Shown: positions 16,350-26,316 of the stretch, in pieces
Layout: each line of letters begins with the position of its first letter
How positions within the stretch are numbered: position 1 is the first letter of the stretch
DNA from: a virus
Lineage: Duplodnaviria; Caudoviricetes
Strand: one strand, 5' to 3'
Virus record (IMG/VR): IMGVR_UViG_3300028588_000015
Span: 1 to 64,000 of that record
Length of the DNA: 64,000 nt
The notes under the pieces: model-generated
What the model saw: the letters and a program-made list of their open reading frames with translations, nothing else
Told to the model about the DNA's origin: nothing
Databases searched by the model: none
Translations under genes and position numbers: made by a program

Positions 16350-16529
16350 ATGGACGATAAAGAAACAAACCCTGCAATGGAATCTGGCCAGTTCACACGC
16401 CGCTCCCCAACAACGAAAGGAGGGTATCTTTTCCCAATTTACATGAGGGGATTTTGGCGTGTAACGCCGGATGGCAAAAGTGAATGGGTGTCTGCTGAAG
16501 AAGTATTTGGTTTACCCAAAATTAAGTAG
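16350..16529 (+). CDS. Hypothetical protein (59 aa, not in the ORF track)
   Basis: GGAGG RBS; MDDKETNPAMESGQFTRR...EEVFGLPKIK; stop followed directly by CGGCATAA and a terminator. Confidence 0.6.
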   Translation: MDDKETNPAMESGQFTRRSPTTKGGYLFPIYMRGFWRVTPDGKSEWVSAEEVFGLPKIK

Positions 16530-16530
16530 G

Positions 16531-16578
16531 CGGCATAAAGGAGAGTCGAACGACTCTCCTTTATTTTCTTTTATGCCG
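16531..16578. terminator. Bidirectional terminator flanked by CGGCATAA/TTATGCCG
   Basis: AAAGGAGAGTCG-AA-CGACTCTCCTTT between convergent genes. Confidence 0.85.
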
Positions 16579-17707
16579 TATACAGCTTGTCGAAGATTTC
16601 ATCGATCTCCAAGCTTACATCCACATAGTCCTCGATCGGCAGCATCGCATTGAACAAACTGTCCGACTTATACGACGTGATTGCTCGCCGGACTGCGTTG
16701 ATTTCCAACTGGTTCAATGTCGACACCCGGTCACGACCAGCTTGGAACAAGAACGCCAACACGGGTAAGCGTGCCAAGACCAAACTCCATACCACCTGAC
16801 GTGTGGGCGTCACTTCGGGCAGCTCCATCACTTCGGCCATGTTGGCTTTTGTCACCGCAGGGATGGTGTACAATACTCCCAAGAAGTCTTGACGCTTTTT
16901 GTGGACATACTCCAAAAGTTCTTTGTGAACCTCGGTGACTTTCTTACTGTAATCCGGCAACGCAAACGAGTGGGCTTTCTTGCTCTCACCCAAAGGAGCA
17001 CCCTTTTGCATGTTGTCGATGCGATTAAAGAGTGCCACGTCCAAGTGCGAGGCCAACATGTTGGGAATCACGAACATCCGCAGAAAATGATACACCGACA
17101 ATTGATCACTGGTATCCGCAGTTTGCGCTTCGTAGTTACAGAAAGCGCGGTACATCACGGCCAGCAGCGGGATATTGATGGAGATCACCGCCATCCCGGT
17201 CTCGGTGCCGGTGGCTTTCCCGTCCGGCAAATTCATCATGAGGTCCGAGCGTGGATGTCGTAATACCTTTACCGGTTGTTGGTTACGCCAATTGCGATCG
17301 GCTTCGTAGATGTCAAAGAAGTCGTTATGACCAATCAAGACTTCTCGGCACCCTGGGCCATAGAAGATACCGTTGAACAGTATACCCTTAGAAACCGGTG
17401 ATGTCATTTTTAACGCGCTTGCGGTATTGAATGTACCAGCGTCGACATTCTCAAAATAGCGTTCCAAATTCAATCCTAACGGCACGTCGATCGACATGAT
17501 CAGACGAACCAGAAAGTGCGAACCTTGAACAGCTTGGGGATTACGGCGATGATATCGCAGGATGACTTCGAGGTTGCGTTTCAAGCCATCCCGTACATAG
17601 GGCCAGTGAACGGATTGCAACACACCGTAGTTACTGGGCGGTTTTAGATTAAACAAAGTTCGCATGGGGGATTGTCCGGTCGAAAGATGAGATAGAACAC
17701 ATAACAT
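16571..17707 (-). CDS. Conserved phiKZ-like protein (gp52-like, probably virion)
   Basis: 378-aa ORF divergent from chimallin; synteny. Confidence 0.7.
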   Translation of the reverse strand: MLCVLSHLSTGQSPMRTLFNLKPPSNYGVLQSVHWPYVRDGLKRNLEVILRYHRRNPQAVQGSHFLVRLIMSIDVPLGLNLERYFENVDAGTFNTASALKMTSPVSKGILFNGIFYGPGCREVLIGHNDFFDIYEADRNWRNQQPVKVLRHPRSDLMMNLPDGKATGTETGMAVISINIPLLAVMYRAFCNYEAQTADTSDQLSVYHFLRMFVIPNMLASHLDVALFNRIDNMQKGAPLGESKKAHSFALPDYSKKVTEVHKELLEYVHKKRQDFLGVLYTIPAVTKANMAEVMELPEVTPTRQVVWSLVLARLPVLAFLFQAGRDRVSTLNQLEINAVRRAITSYKSDSLFNAMLPIEDYVDVSLEIDEIFDKLYTA

Positions 17708-17874
17708 GAATCATCACGTCGTGGGCCGTGACAAGAAAACGGCTGAAGTTATTTTTTACTGACATGTTGCTATGTTATAGGAAAAGACTTTGCCGTCGCA
17801 CCTCCGCTTCTGGACGTACCAGAAATGGTACCGATCACAAAGGCCGGTATGATTCATGATTGAAAAATATCATG

Positions 17875-17895
17875 GACACATATAACCTAGGTGAG
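17875..17895 (+). promoter_or_regulatory. CACATAT-N7-GTGA promoter-like motif for chimallin
   Basis: GACACATATAACCTAGGTGAG, near-identical to the phuZ motif. Confidence 0.7.
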
Positions 17896-17974
17896 TCTAT
17901 GGCATTAATGTCGGACTCCAATAACGTTTGTTTGCGCAAACATAAATCGTTAAACAAGTAAAGAGGAAATAAAA

Positions 17975-19933
17975 ATGGGTATCAAAGACGACAACACTCA
18001 AACCGCTCTCGGCGCCGCCATGAATAAAGCCGGTGCATCGAGCCAAGGTCAGCAACCGCAACAACCGCAGAGCAACCAGAACTACGTGCCGCCGGCTGGC
18101 AACCAGCAACAACAACCGGCCAACCGCGGCTGGGCATCGCTGGGCGCCGACATCCAGTACGCGATTCCGCTGAATAGCACCAGCGAAACCCTGGCCAAGT
18201 TCACCAAGTCGCTGCAAGACGTGATCGACGGCCACCGTTCGGATACCAGCCAAGTCGATGTGACCCTGATCCCGGTCGACCGCAACGACGGCGCCAACGG
18301 CGTGCCGATCTCGTACCTGATCGTCGCGACCCGCCTGAAAGCGAACAAGGACGCCGGCGTCGGCTACCAAGCCCTGATCATCGAAGGCTCGATCGATGCG
18401 ATCGCGACCACCGAAGAATACGTGCCGGGCGCGCCGAATGGCAAGGTCACCGTGACGCGTACCGCGGGCGATGCGGACGTTCCGGCGGTACGTGAAACGA
18501 TCAACAAGATCGTGCAGCGCTACTTCCAGACCGACCGCACCTTCGGCGCCATCGCTATGGTCGTGCCGCGTACCTTCACCGACAACCTGGTCGACGTCGC
18601 CTCGCTGAAGAACCTGGCATCGCAGGCGTCCTACAATGCCGCCCTGGCACTGCAAGTGCGCCTGGGCGTGCAGCCGCTGAACGTGGCCAACTTCATCGGC
18701 GGCGGCGATGCGCTGCAAGCCAAGCTGTCGCTCGATCCGCGCCCGGTTCCCAACCTGTTCAACCAGCCGGTGCGCTCCGACATCAAGCTGCAACTGATCT
18801 CGGAACCGACCGCCAAGTCGACCATCCCGGGCTTCGGCCCCACCGGCAGCACCCTGCTGGCGGAAATCTCGGCGTACGTCGAGCCGATCTACCAGCCGAA
18901 GCTGCCCCAGGTCAACGGCCTACCCAACATGCCGATGTTCGGCGGCCCGACCCCGGACATGTACCGCAAGTACATCCCGCGTATCGTCCTGACCGAAATG
19001 CGTTCGGAACGTCTGCGTACCATCGGCGGCCAGCTGCTGGCCCTGGTGGCAGCAATCTCGCTGCGCAACAACGACACCTGGCTGGCCACGTTCATGCCGA
19101 ACCGTTCGATCCCGGCTGGTGAAATCGACCTGCACGACATCGGCGCCCTGAACCTGGAAGTGAACTACCTGGGCGATCCGACCGTCCGCGGCGAGCCGTT
19201 CGACATCCGCGCCGACAACGTCAACACGCCGGCACTGATGGCCTACATGCGCGCGATCTTCCACGAAGGTGTGGTGTTCGCGATCGACGTCTCGACCCGT
19301 GGTCCGGACACCGCCTACAACGGTGCACTGGCAGCGGCCGACGATGGCGACACCGCAGCGATCAACGCGGTGCTGGAAGCAGCGAACCACCTGTCCAACG
19401 GCAACTTCGCCAACATGTGGCCGAAGGACGGCGAAGTCACGCTGAAGAAAGGCGAGACCATCTACCTGGGTCACTACCGTCGTGCCAACGGCGAACTGCG
19501 CGACCTGCGTGAATTGCAAGACTACCTGGCGATGATGAACCTGCTGGGTCGTACTGCACCGGATCTGGTCCGCGACTTCTCGGACACCTTCCTGCAAACG
19601 CAGTACCCGGAACCGATGCGTCTGGCCGCGCGCCTGGAAATCATGCGCAAAGTCGACCCGGCGCTGGTCGTGACCGGTACCGCGCGTCGCGTGACCCTGA
19701 CCGGTATGTTCACCGACATCCTGCCCAAGGCCATCGCGAAGACCAACGTGTCGATCCCGCTGACCGGCAACACCCACCTCGACACCGGCACTGCCGATCG
19801 CGCTGTGGGCAACTTCGGTGCCGGCCTGGTGGCAGGTGGTACGTTCGACATGTACAACCGTACCGTCAACACCCAGAACCCGGTCGGCGCGACGGGTGGC
19901 AACACCTTCGCCAATCTGTACACCGGCGTCTAA
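17975..19933 (+). CDS. chmA: Chimallin, phage nuclear shell protein (phiKZ gp54 / 201phi2-1 gp105-like)
   Basis: 652 aa, Q-rich disordered N-terminus, extreme high-expression codon bias, directly upstream of nvRNAP beta'-N as in Chimalliviridae. Confidence 0.88.
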   Translation: MGIKDDNTQTALGAAMNKAGASSQGQQPQQPQSNQNYVPPAGNQQQQPANRGWASLGADIQYAIPLNSTSETLAKFTKSLQDVIDGHRSDTSQVDVTLIPVDRNDGANGVPISYLIVATRLKANKDAGVGYQALIIEGSIDAIATTEEYVPGAPNGKVTVTRTAGDADVPAVRETINKIVQRYFQTDRTFGAIAMVVPRTFTDNLVDVASLKNLASQASYNAALALQVRLGVQPLNVANFIGGGDALQAKLSLDPRPVPNLFNQPVRSDIKLQLISEPTAKSTIPGFGPTGSTLLAEISAYVEPIYQPKLPQVNGLPNMPMFGGPTPDMYRKYIPRIVLTEMRSERLRTIGGQLLALVAAISLRNNDTWLATFMPNRSIPAGEIDLHDIGALNLEVNYLGDPTVRGEPFDIRADNVNTPALMAYMRAIFHEGVVFAIDVSTRGPDTAYNGALAAADDGDTAAINAVLEAANHLSNGNFANMWPKDGEVTLKKGETIYLGHYRRANGELRDLRELQDYLAMMNLLGRTAPDLVRDFSDTFLQTQYPEPMRLAARLEIMRKVDPALVVTGTARRVTLTGMFTDILPKAIAKTNVSIPLTGNTHLDTGTADRAVGNFGAGLVAGGTFDMYNRTVNTQNPVGATGGNTFANLYTGV

Positions 19934-19959
19934 GTCGTCAGCCGTACCTGTAGTTCTGT

Positions 19960-19993
19960 AAATAAGGAGTCCTTCGGGGCTCCTTATTTTTTT
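19960..19993 (+). terminator. Intrinsic terminator
   Basis: AAATAAGGAGTCC-TTCG-GGGCTCCTTATTT plus T tract. Confidence 0.85.
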
Positions 19994-20021
19994 CATAGTT
20001 TTTGAATGACAGGAGACGACT

Positions 20022-21545
20022 TTGGGCGTTGGATTAGAGCTTGACGATTTCGATGACTTGTATTGGAATCGTTCACGACGCGATAAGGTCATTCTGAATG
20101 ACCTGGACAACGCTACGGAAGCTGATCGAAAGAAACTCGAAAAGCTACTGTACACGCGTTATGATTCGACAGATTTTCTTTCCAATATTCCGTCATGTGG
20201 CTGCGGTGAAACCACCGGCGCTTATGCCGAAGGCCTAGTCGGGTTTGTGTGTCCCAAGTGTGGCACGCACGTCACAAACCCACTGGAACAGGAGTTGGAA
20301 CCACTGGTGTGGATGCGCGTCCCGAACGGTGTAAACGGGCTCGTCAATCCGAACGCGTGGATCATGATGAAAGAACGTTTCAAGCTGAAAGGCTTTGACG
20401 TGATCGATTACTTGACCGACCGTACGTACAAGGCATCGGTCAGGACCCCGCAGGAGTTGGTGCAAGTTGATGCGCTGTTGGCGTCGCTGCGCATCGAACG
20501 GGGGATGAACAATTTCATCGACAAGTTCGATGCCATCATGGCTGGCCTCTTGAACATGAAAGTGTTTAAGAAAGGTACCAAGAAGAAGGAAGAGTTCGAT
20601 CCGTTCCCGCATTTCATTCGCGAGTATCGAACCCGCTTGTTCCCGAAATTCATTCCCGTGCCCAACCGGGTATTGTTCGTACTGGAAAACACGAATCTGG
20701 GTGAATACGGCGACTTATCGATGAATGGCCTCATGAATGCCGTGAGTATCATGACCAACATCGATTCCGACTTGAACCGGTTGTCAGTATCGAAGAAGGA
20801 AACCCGTGTTGTCAAGATGCTCGACAGCTTGGCAATCTTCTTTGACGATATCTACAAGAACCGCTTGGCACCCAAAGAAGGCTGGTTCCGCAAGCACGTC
20901 TTCGGTAGCCGCTCGCACTTCAGCTTCCGTGGTGTGATTGCGTCCTTGACGGATGTCCACGAGTATGATGAAATCCATGTGTCGTGGGGTATTGGTGTAT
21001 CGGTGTTGTCGCTGCACCTGACTAACAAGCTGTTAAAACGTGGTTGGAACAACTACGAGATCAACAACCTCTTGTACGAGTATGCGCAGAAATGGCATCC
21101 TCTGCTGGACGAGTTGTTCAAGGAACTGATTGCGGAAAGCCCTTACAAAGGCATCCCGGTCATCTTCCAGCGTAACCCGAGTTTGGAGCGTGGTTCGGCG
21201 CAAGCCATGTTCATTACGAAGGTGAAGGGATCGGCGGCGCGGCCGCACGATGTTGAGATCCCGACGGTATCGATGAGTATCTTGGCGGTGAAGGGATTTA
21301 ATGCCGACTTCGATGGCGACCAGCAAAACGGTACGCTGTCCATCGACCACATGACGACCGAGCAACTCGCCCGGTTGGCGCCGCACATGAGTGCCTGCGG
21401 TTTGGACGGAGTACGTCAACTGGCAAAGAACATGGCCATTCCAGGACCTGTCGTCAGCACGATCTCCAACTGGCTGCATTGGGAAGAAGAACCACTGACG
21501 GAAGAACAGCAACGCGAAATGGATACCATCCCGTCGATGGATTAA
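20022..21545 (+). CDS. Non-virion RNA polymerase beta' N-terminal subunit (gp55-like)
   Basis: Catalytic NADFDGD motif, Zn-finger CGCG..CPKC, RSHFSFRGVI; TTG start with AGGAG RBS. Confidence 0.92.
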   Translation: MGVGLELDDFDDLYWNRSRRDKVILNDLDNATEADRKKLEKLLYTRYDSTDFLSNIPSCGCGETTGAYAEGLVGFVCPKCGTHVTNPLEQELEPLVWMRVPNGVNGLVNPNAWIMMKERFKLKGFDVIDYLTDRTYKASVRTPQELVQVDALLASLRIERGMNNFIDKFDAIMAGLLNMKVFKKGTKKKEEFDPFPHFIREYRTRLFPKFIPVPNRVLFVLENTNLGEYGDLSMNGLMNAVSIMTNIDSDLNRLSVSKKETRVVKMLDSLAIFFDDIYKNRLAPKEGWFRKHVFGSRSHFSFRGVIASLTDVHEYDEIHVSWGIGVSVLSLHLTNKLLKRGWNNYEINNLLYEYAQKWHPLLDELFKELIAESPYKGIPVIFQRNPSLERGSAQAMFITKVKGSAARPHDVEIPTVSMSILAVKGFNADFDGDQQNGTLSIDHMTTEQLARLAPHMSACGLDGVRQLAKNMAIPGPVVSTISNWLHWEEEPLTEEQQREMDTIPSMD

Positions 21546-21563
21546 GAAAAGAGGAGGGTTTAT

Positions 21564-22196
21564 ATGTCAAGATATGCTGGTATGCTGGACGAGTTCTCTG
21601 TCCTTGCATATGGACAGAAAAATCCGGCCACTGTGCAGTTCATGCAAAATCGTTACAGCGAGTTTCAAGGCATGGGGCACATGCTCACGGATTACGGCAA
21701 GTCGTTCGTGGAAAACAGTAAGAAAGTGTTTGAGTACGTGACGGGGTCTGACGCGATGAGCTTCAGCCAGGCGGTGTTGCGCAAAGTGGAGAACATGTTC
21801 CAGCGCAATGAATACCGTGAACTGCATTCAGTACACGACATCCAACAGTCCCCGCAGATCATGCACCGGGGCTTGATGACGCTGATCGATTTGCGCACGT
21901 TGTACCTAGATCAACGGGTGTGTGGTTTCGATGAGACGTACCTGAATGTGGATGGCAATACCGTGGGCGCCGATCAACGGGATTACCGCCTGTTCAATCA
22001 CGGCCTGTTGCGTGACGATGAGGAGCACGGCTGGCGCCAGTCGTACTACTCGGATGCCATGGAAGAACTCGATGCAGTCGATCGGGTGATTCCGGACATG
22101 AAGTTCACCATTCAGTCCGCCGGGCATTACGTGACGCATGCACTGAAACAGGAGAACGGTCCGGACCCATCGTCGCCGGACGGTAATAAACTGTAA
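21564..22196 (+). CDS. Conserved hypothetical protein
   Basis: 210-aa ORF, GGAGG RBS. Confidence 0.8.
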   Translation: MSRYAGMLDEFSVLAYGQKNPATVQFMQNRYSEFQGMGHMLTDYGKSFVENSKKVFEYVTGSDAMSFSQAVLRKVENMFQRNEYRELHSVHDIQQSPQIMHRGLMTLIDLRTLYLDQRVCGFDETYLNVDGNTVGADQRDYRLFNHGLLRDDEEHGWRQSYYSDAMEELDAVDRVIPDMKFTIQSAGHYVTHALKQENGPDPSSPDGNKL

Positions 22197-22211
22197 GAAA
22201 ACCACAAAGAG

Positions 22212-22250
22212 GCTCCTACTTACCTTAATCGGTAGGTGGGAGCTTTTTTT
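22212..22250 (+). terminator. Intrinsic terminator
   Basis: GCTCCTACTTACC/GGTAGGTGGGAGC plus T tract. Confidence 0.75.
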
Positions 22251-22300
22251 CTTTGATGTTATGTGTTGTTTCTTGGAACGTTTTCTCTACAGGTGAGCCC

Positions 22301-22714
22301 ATGCCCCAAAATGATGTCCCCACATTGTCCCCAGCAGGTTTTCTGCGAACGCCTGCGGAAAAGGTGGACGCTCTTATGGCCCATGCCCAAGCCTCGGACA
22401 AAAGCCAAACGTCACTGTATCCTGGTGAAGTGTTGAGTCTTGCTTGGCTCTTTGAGCGCTATAGCAAAGACCTGACGGAATTGTGCAACGAAATTCGCGC
22501 AGGCTACACGAAGTACTTTACACGTCACTTTGACGATGTAGAGGTCAAAGTCCAAGTCGATGTGGCGTCCGAAAAAACCAATCGCGTGACCTTGCGGATG
22601 TTTATTGGTTTTTCGCAAGATGGCAAGAATTATAGCGTGGGCCAAGAACTCTACGGCTTGAATGGGCGGTACGAGAAAACCATGCGCATCAAAGAAAGTG
22701 GTATCACTTCTTAA
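22301..22714 (+). CDS. Conserved hypothetical protein (possibly gp25-like baseplate fold)
   Basis: ATG at 22301 after AGGTG; VEVKVQV..VTLRMFI beta-strand pattern; fold assignment is weak. Confidence 0.6.
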   Translation: MPQNDVPTLSPAGFLRTPAEKVDALMAHAQASDKSQTSLYPGEVLSLAWLFERYSKDLTELCNEIRAGYTKYFTRHFDDVEVKVQVDVASEKTNRVTLRMFIGFSQDGKNYSVGQELYGLNGRYEKTMRIKESGITS

Positions 22715-22737
22715 TAATCAAGCATAAGGAAAAAGAC

Positions 22738-23346
22738 ATGGAAGACAAACAAGAAAAGGATGTAACGGCGGCTACACGCGACGCAATGCTGCGCGAGCAA
22801 TCGGACTTCATCCAGGCAGCTGCGGAGCAGTTTGGTAACGCCCAAGCGCTGGTGTCGGAAAACAACCGCCTCCATCAGCAGGTGTTCCAAGAAGTGTTCC
22901 TGCCGATGTTTCTAGGTCAACCCAACACCCGGTACCCCGACATCAAGAGCGGTAACTGGGTCACTTTTGCCGGTGGCGTTCATCGCCGTGTCGACATCTA
23001 CGACAACAGCAACAAAAAGGTCCTGACCGTACCGTCGCTGATGCAAAACACCCTCGTGCAACCGATCAATGGCAAAACTGAAGTGGACATGCATTTTGTC
23101 GCGGAACAGGCACGGCTGTACAGTGGGACCTTGCCGATCGTTGGTCAAAACTACTTGAGCGTAGAATTAACTAAGAGGGCATCTCTTATGAGAAACAGTG
23201 ATGCCCCGAACGAAGCGCTGCAAGCTGTGGCCGAATGGATGAAGATTTTCGAATACTTCGGCGTTGTGGCACCCCAAGCGGCTCAAGGCACTACTGGCCC
23301 GAGCAACCCACCCGAAGACCCTGGCTATGAAGACGTTGCGCCCTGA
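22738..23346 (+). CDS. Conserved hypothetical protein
   Basis: 202-aa ORF, AAGGA RBS. Confidence 0.75.
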   Translation: MEDKQEKDVTAATRDAMLREQSDFIQAAAEQFGNAQALVSENNRLHQQVFQEVFLPMFLGQPNTRYPDIKSGNWVTFAGGVHRRVDIYDNSNKKVLTVPSLMQNTLVQPINGKTEVDMHFVAEQARLYSGTLPIVGQNYLSVELTKRASLMRNSDAPNEALQAVAEWMKIFEYFGVVAPQAAQGTTGPSNPPEDPGYEDVAP

Positions 23347-24448
23347 ACTGAACATCCTGAACTTTAGCGACATCCACTTACTTCACCGTACCACCCCAAC
23401 CGCATTCATCATTAACAACTTGGAAAAGCTCACCGCTGACCCGGTGGTACTGGACAAGCTGGACATGATTTGTATCACCGGAGACGTCTTCGATAACCGA
23501 GGCACGCTCTCCGATCCCAGTGTTCCCCGCATCCAAGAGTGGATGGCCAACTTACTCAAGAAGGCCAAACGTCACGACATTGCGGTGCGTGTGCTGAAAG
23601 GCACACCGCTGCATGACTGGGAGCAATCCCAGTTGTGGGAGAGCATTAATGCAATTGCAGATATTGGCGCCGATCTCAAATACGTTAAAACAGTTTCCAT
23701 CGAGTACATAGAGCGATATGGGATAACCATGCTCTATGTACCCGATGAGGCCAATACGACGACCGAAAAAACCCTCAGCCAAGTCCGCGAACTCATGCAT
23801 GCCAAGGGACTGGACAAAGTAGATTTCGCTATGATGCATGGGCAATTCGATTTTCAATTGCCAGCGCACGTGCATGCACAGAAACACGATTCCACGGCGT
23901 ACTTGGAGCTGGTGCGCGAAATCATCATGGTGGGTCACGTCCACACGTATAACCGGTTTGACCGGATTATTCCACCGGGTTCGTTTGACCGGTTAACCCA
24001 TGGCCAAGAGGAAGCCAAAGGCTCGGTTTGGATTCGTGCTAAGACCAACTTTGAGTATGACGTGGAGTTTCGTGAAAACCTGGGAGCGAAGAAGTATATT
24101 ACCGTACCATGTAAAGGATTGACCTTGGCAGAAACGAATGCCTTGATTGACCAGTACGTCCAAGGGTTGCCTGCGGAGTCCCATGTCCGAGTGGAAGCGG
24201 ACAAAGACAACCCCATCTTGACCAATATGCAGGAAGTCATGCTCCGGCATCCTCTGTTTTACTGGTCAAAGATTTCACGCAAAGAAAAGAAGGAGCAAGA
24301 GGAAGCGGCGATTACTCAAGAAAGCTTTACCCAACCGGCGCTGACAAAAGACAACCTAGGCGATTTGCTGCTCAAACGGGTGGTGGATAAAAACCCTCAC
24401 CCGGTAGTATTGGCAGCAGTGCGCCGTTTGATGGAGAAGGTGCTATAA
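23327..24448 (+). CDS. SbcD/Mre11-like metallophosphoesterase nuclease (gp65-like)
   Basis: Motifs SDIH, GDVFD, GTPLHD, MMHG, GHVH. Confidence 0.88.
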   Translation: MKTLRPELNILNFSDIHLLHRTTPTAFIINNLEKLTADPVVLDKLDMICITGDVFDNRGTLSDPSVPRIQEWMANLLKKAKRHDIAVRVLKGTPLHDWEQSQLWESINAIADIGADLKYVKTVSIEYIERYGITMLYVPDEANTTTEKTLSQVRELMHAKGLDKVDFAMMHGQFDFQLPAHVHAQKHDSTAYLELVREIIMVGHVHTYNRFDRIIPPGSFDRLTHGQEEAKGSVWIRAKTNFEYDVEFRENLGAKKYITVPCKGLTLAETNALIDQYVQGLPAESHVRVEADKDNPILTNMQEVMLRHPLFYWSKISRKEKKEQEEAAITQESFTQPALTKDNLGDLLLKRVVDKNPHPVVLAAVRRLMEKVL

Positions 24449-25288
24449 ATGTCCCTTGCAGACTACCCTGGCCGGGCTACTGGCCAATTTCCCATTTCGA
24501 TTGCGACCTCATTAGCGATCGAAGCCGCACTGGGTATTTTTCCAGAGCGTCCTGTGGCTGACGCACCTATCGGACACTACGAAGAACTGTGGATTAACCT
24601 GCGCACATTGTTTCGTAATCTCTACGGCGCCTTTGATAAGGGCGTGGCCGATACAGTGACCATCGAAACTTACGCGGAAGCGCTGAACGATGAGATGGCG
24701 CAAATCCACGAAATCATTACCGGCAAGACCAACGGCTTGACTCGTGTGATCTACTATGTCAGCGATTACGCCGACATGGACAAGAAGTATCCGTATGCAG
24801 TGATCCGGCGTGACTCCACGCCCAAACAAAAGATGTTCACCGCGATGATGCGTGACAGCATTGAGTTATTGCTGAAGATGCATCCGAAAGGAAATATTCG
24901 TACGGTGCGGTTAAAGCTCAAACCCGAGCATAAAACCAAAGCGATGATCATCACGCACATCGCGTACGATTTGGTGTCCTATTCTGATTTCAAGGAATTG
25001 GTGTTGCTGGAATCACATACCGGCCACATCAAGGAACGGGGGCAGTGGGCATCGAAGTATTACGAGGGCACAAGTTTGTCAATGATTCCCTTCCGGGAGG
25101 ACTTGCTACAGATTTTTGGTGACAAAGAGTTCTTCCGTCCCGCAGACATTAAGTTGCGCAAAGAGATCATTGATGTCGCCACGAAGTATCGCTGGGGTCC
25201 GACCACGACCACAGAAAAAATCAAGTACGGTATCAGGGAAATCAAGAATCTGTTTGGTCGTGAAATCCTGATGTCCATACTCGTTTAG
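24449..25288 (+). CDS. Conserved protein (gp66-like), possibly PIN/5' nuclease fold
   Basis: LWINLRTLFRN..YVSDY pattern; synteny after SbcD. Confidence 0.65.
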   Translation: MSLADYPGRATGQFPISIATSLAIEAALGIFPERPVADAPIGHYEELWINLRTLFRNLYGAFDKGVADTVTIETYAEALNDEMAQIHEIITGKTNGLTRVIYYVSDYADMDKKYPYAVIRRDSTPKQKMFTAMMRDSIELLLKMHPKGNIRTVRLKLKPEHKTKAMIITHIAYDLVSYSDFKELVLLESHTGHIKERGQWASKYYEGTSLSMIPFREDLLQIFGDKEFFRPADIKLRKEIIDVATKYRWGPTTTTEKIKYGIREIKNLFGREILMSILV

Positions 25289-25373
25289 CGGCGTGCGGTG
25301 AAAAAATACCCTTACCACACATCGTTTGTATAAGTACTATAACACGATATCTCAAAAATCGAAGGAGGGCCAC

Positions 25374-26186
25374 ATGGCCGACAACCAGTATCAAAACAAC
25401 CGACCGAAGGCACCCAAGACGCTGTTGGACGACCCGTTCCTGCGTTTGACCGCACCGTGCCCGACACCGGCCGGCCAAGCCGCGAATCGCAAGTCCAAGC
25501 TCGGCGTGGTGCTCAAGAAGTACAATCCGCAGAGCTTGCGCAATCCGCACTTCGTCGTCTATACGGGCGACCCGGGCGAGAACGATCAGAGCACGGACTA
25601 CGGCAAGATCATCGCCAAGTTCGACTACGGTACCTGGGGCGCTGCCATCGAAATGATCCGTCAAGCAATCGACTGGGAACCGGGCAAGAAGGACGAGATC
25701 GTCGTCAAGGACAAGGTCTTCGGCGCCGGCGGCCAACGTTCAGCCGAAGCACTGCCGCAGGCGTTCTTCATCGTGGGCAAGGACAAAGAAGGCGTCGTTT
25801 GCCTGTCGATCCGCCACTTCAAGAAAGAGCGGCCGGTCATCGTATTCCGTCTGTTGCCGCCGGCGGAGTTCTTCGACTTCAAGCACGGTGACGGCACCCC
25901 GTACACCAACGCCGAGATGTCGGTGCTGTACACCCGCGCTTACGTCAAGCGCATGGAAGACGTCGTCCAGCAGATCATGGTCGACACGTTCGAGGAACCG
26001 CCGCCGTACGATCCGAACAACAAGGGTGGTGGTAACCGCGGTGGTGGCGGTGGCAACTATCAGCGCGGTGGCGGTGGCGGTGGTAATAACTACCAACGTG
26101 GTGGCAATGGTGGTGGCTACGACGAGCCGGCCTCGGGCGGTGGTGGTGGTGGTGGCGACGAATGGGGCGGTGACATTCCGTTCTAA
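25374..26186 (+). CDS. SSB-like protein (gp67 position) with Gly-rich tail ending DIPF
   Basis: C-terminus GGGG-NYQR repeats then DEWGGDIPF, matching the bacterial SSB C-terminal tip; high-expression codons. Confidence 0.65.
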   Translation: MADNQYQNNRPKAPKTLLDDPFLRLTAPCPTPAGQAANRKSKLGVVLKKYNPQSLRNPHFVVYTGDPGENDQSTDYGKIIAKFDYGTWGAAIEMIRQAIDWEPGKKDEIVVKDKVFGAGGQRSAEALPQAFFIVGKDKEGVVCLSIRHFKKERPVIVFRLLPPAEFFDFKHGDGTPYTNAEMSVLYTRAYVKRMEDVVQQIMVDTFEEPPPYDPNNKGGGNRGGGGGNYQRGGGGGGNNYQRGGNGGGYDEPASGGGGGGGDEWGGDIPF

Positions 26187-26197
26187 ATAGCGGTTCA

Positions 26198-26225
26198 GGC
26201 TAGGCGGATATCCGCCTAGCCCTTT
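26198..26225 (+). terminator. Hairpin terminator
   Basis: GGCTAGGCGGA-TA-TCCGCCTAGCC. Confidence 0.7.
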
Positions 26226-26316
26226 GTGCCTGATAGTGTCGTTTACACTAAAAAATCACAGTCACATATCATCGATGGTGCATTCGTAAACAGTGTCTTT
26301 TTAGGGGAGAGACTAT

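Noticed and set aside
17897-20155. Long antisense ORFs (298 and 411 aa) opposite chimallin
   Set aside because: Codon-bias shadows
26020-26170. GGT/GGC repeats as a CRISPR array or DNA tandem repeat
   Set aside because: They encode the Gly-rich protein tail in frame; no repeat-spacer periodicity. No CRISPR array was seen in the window
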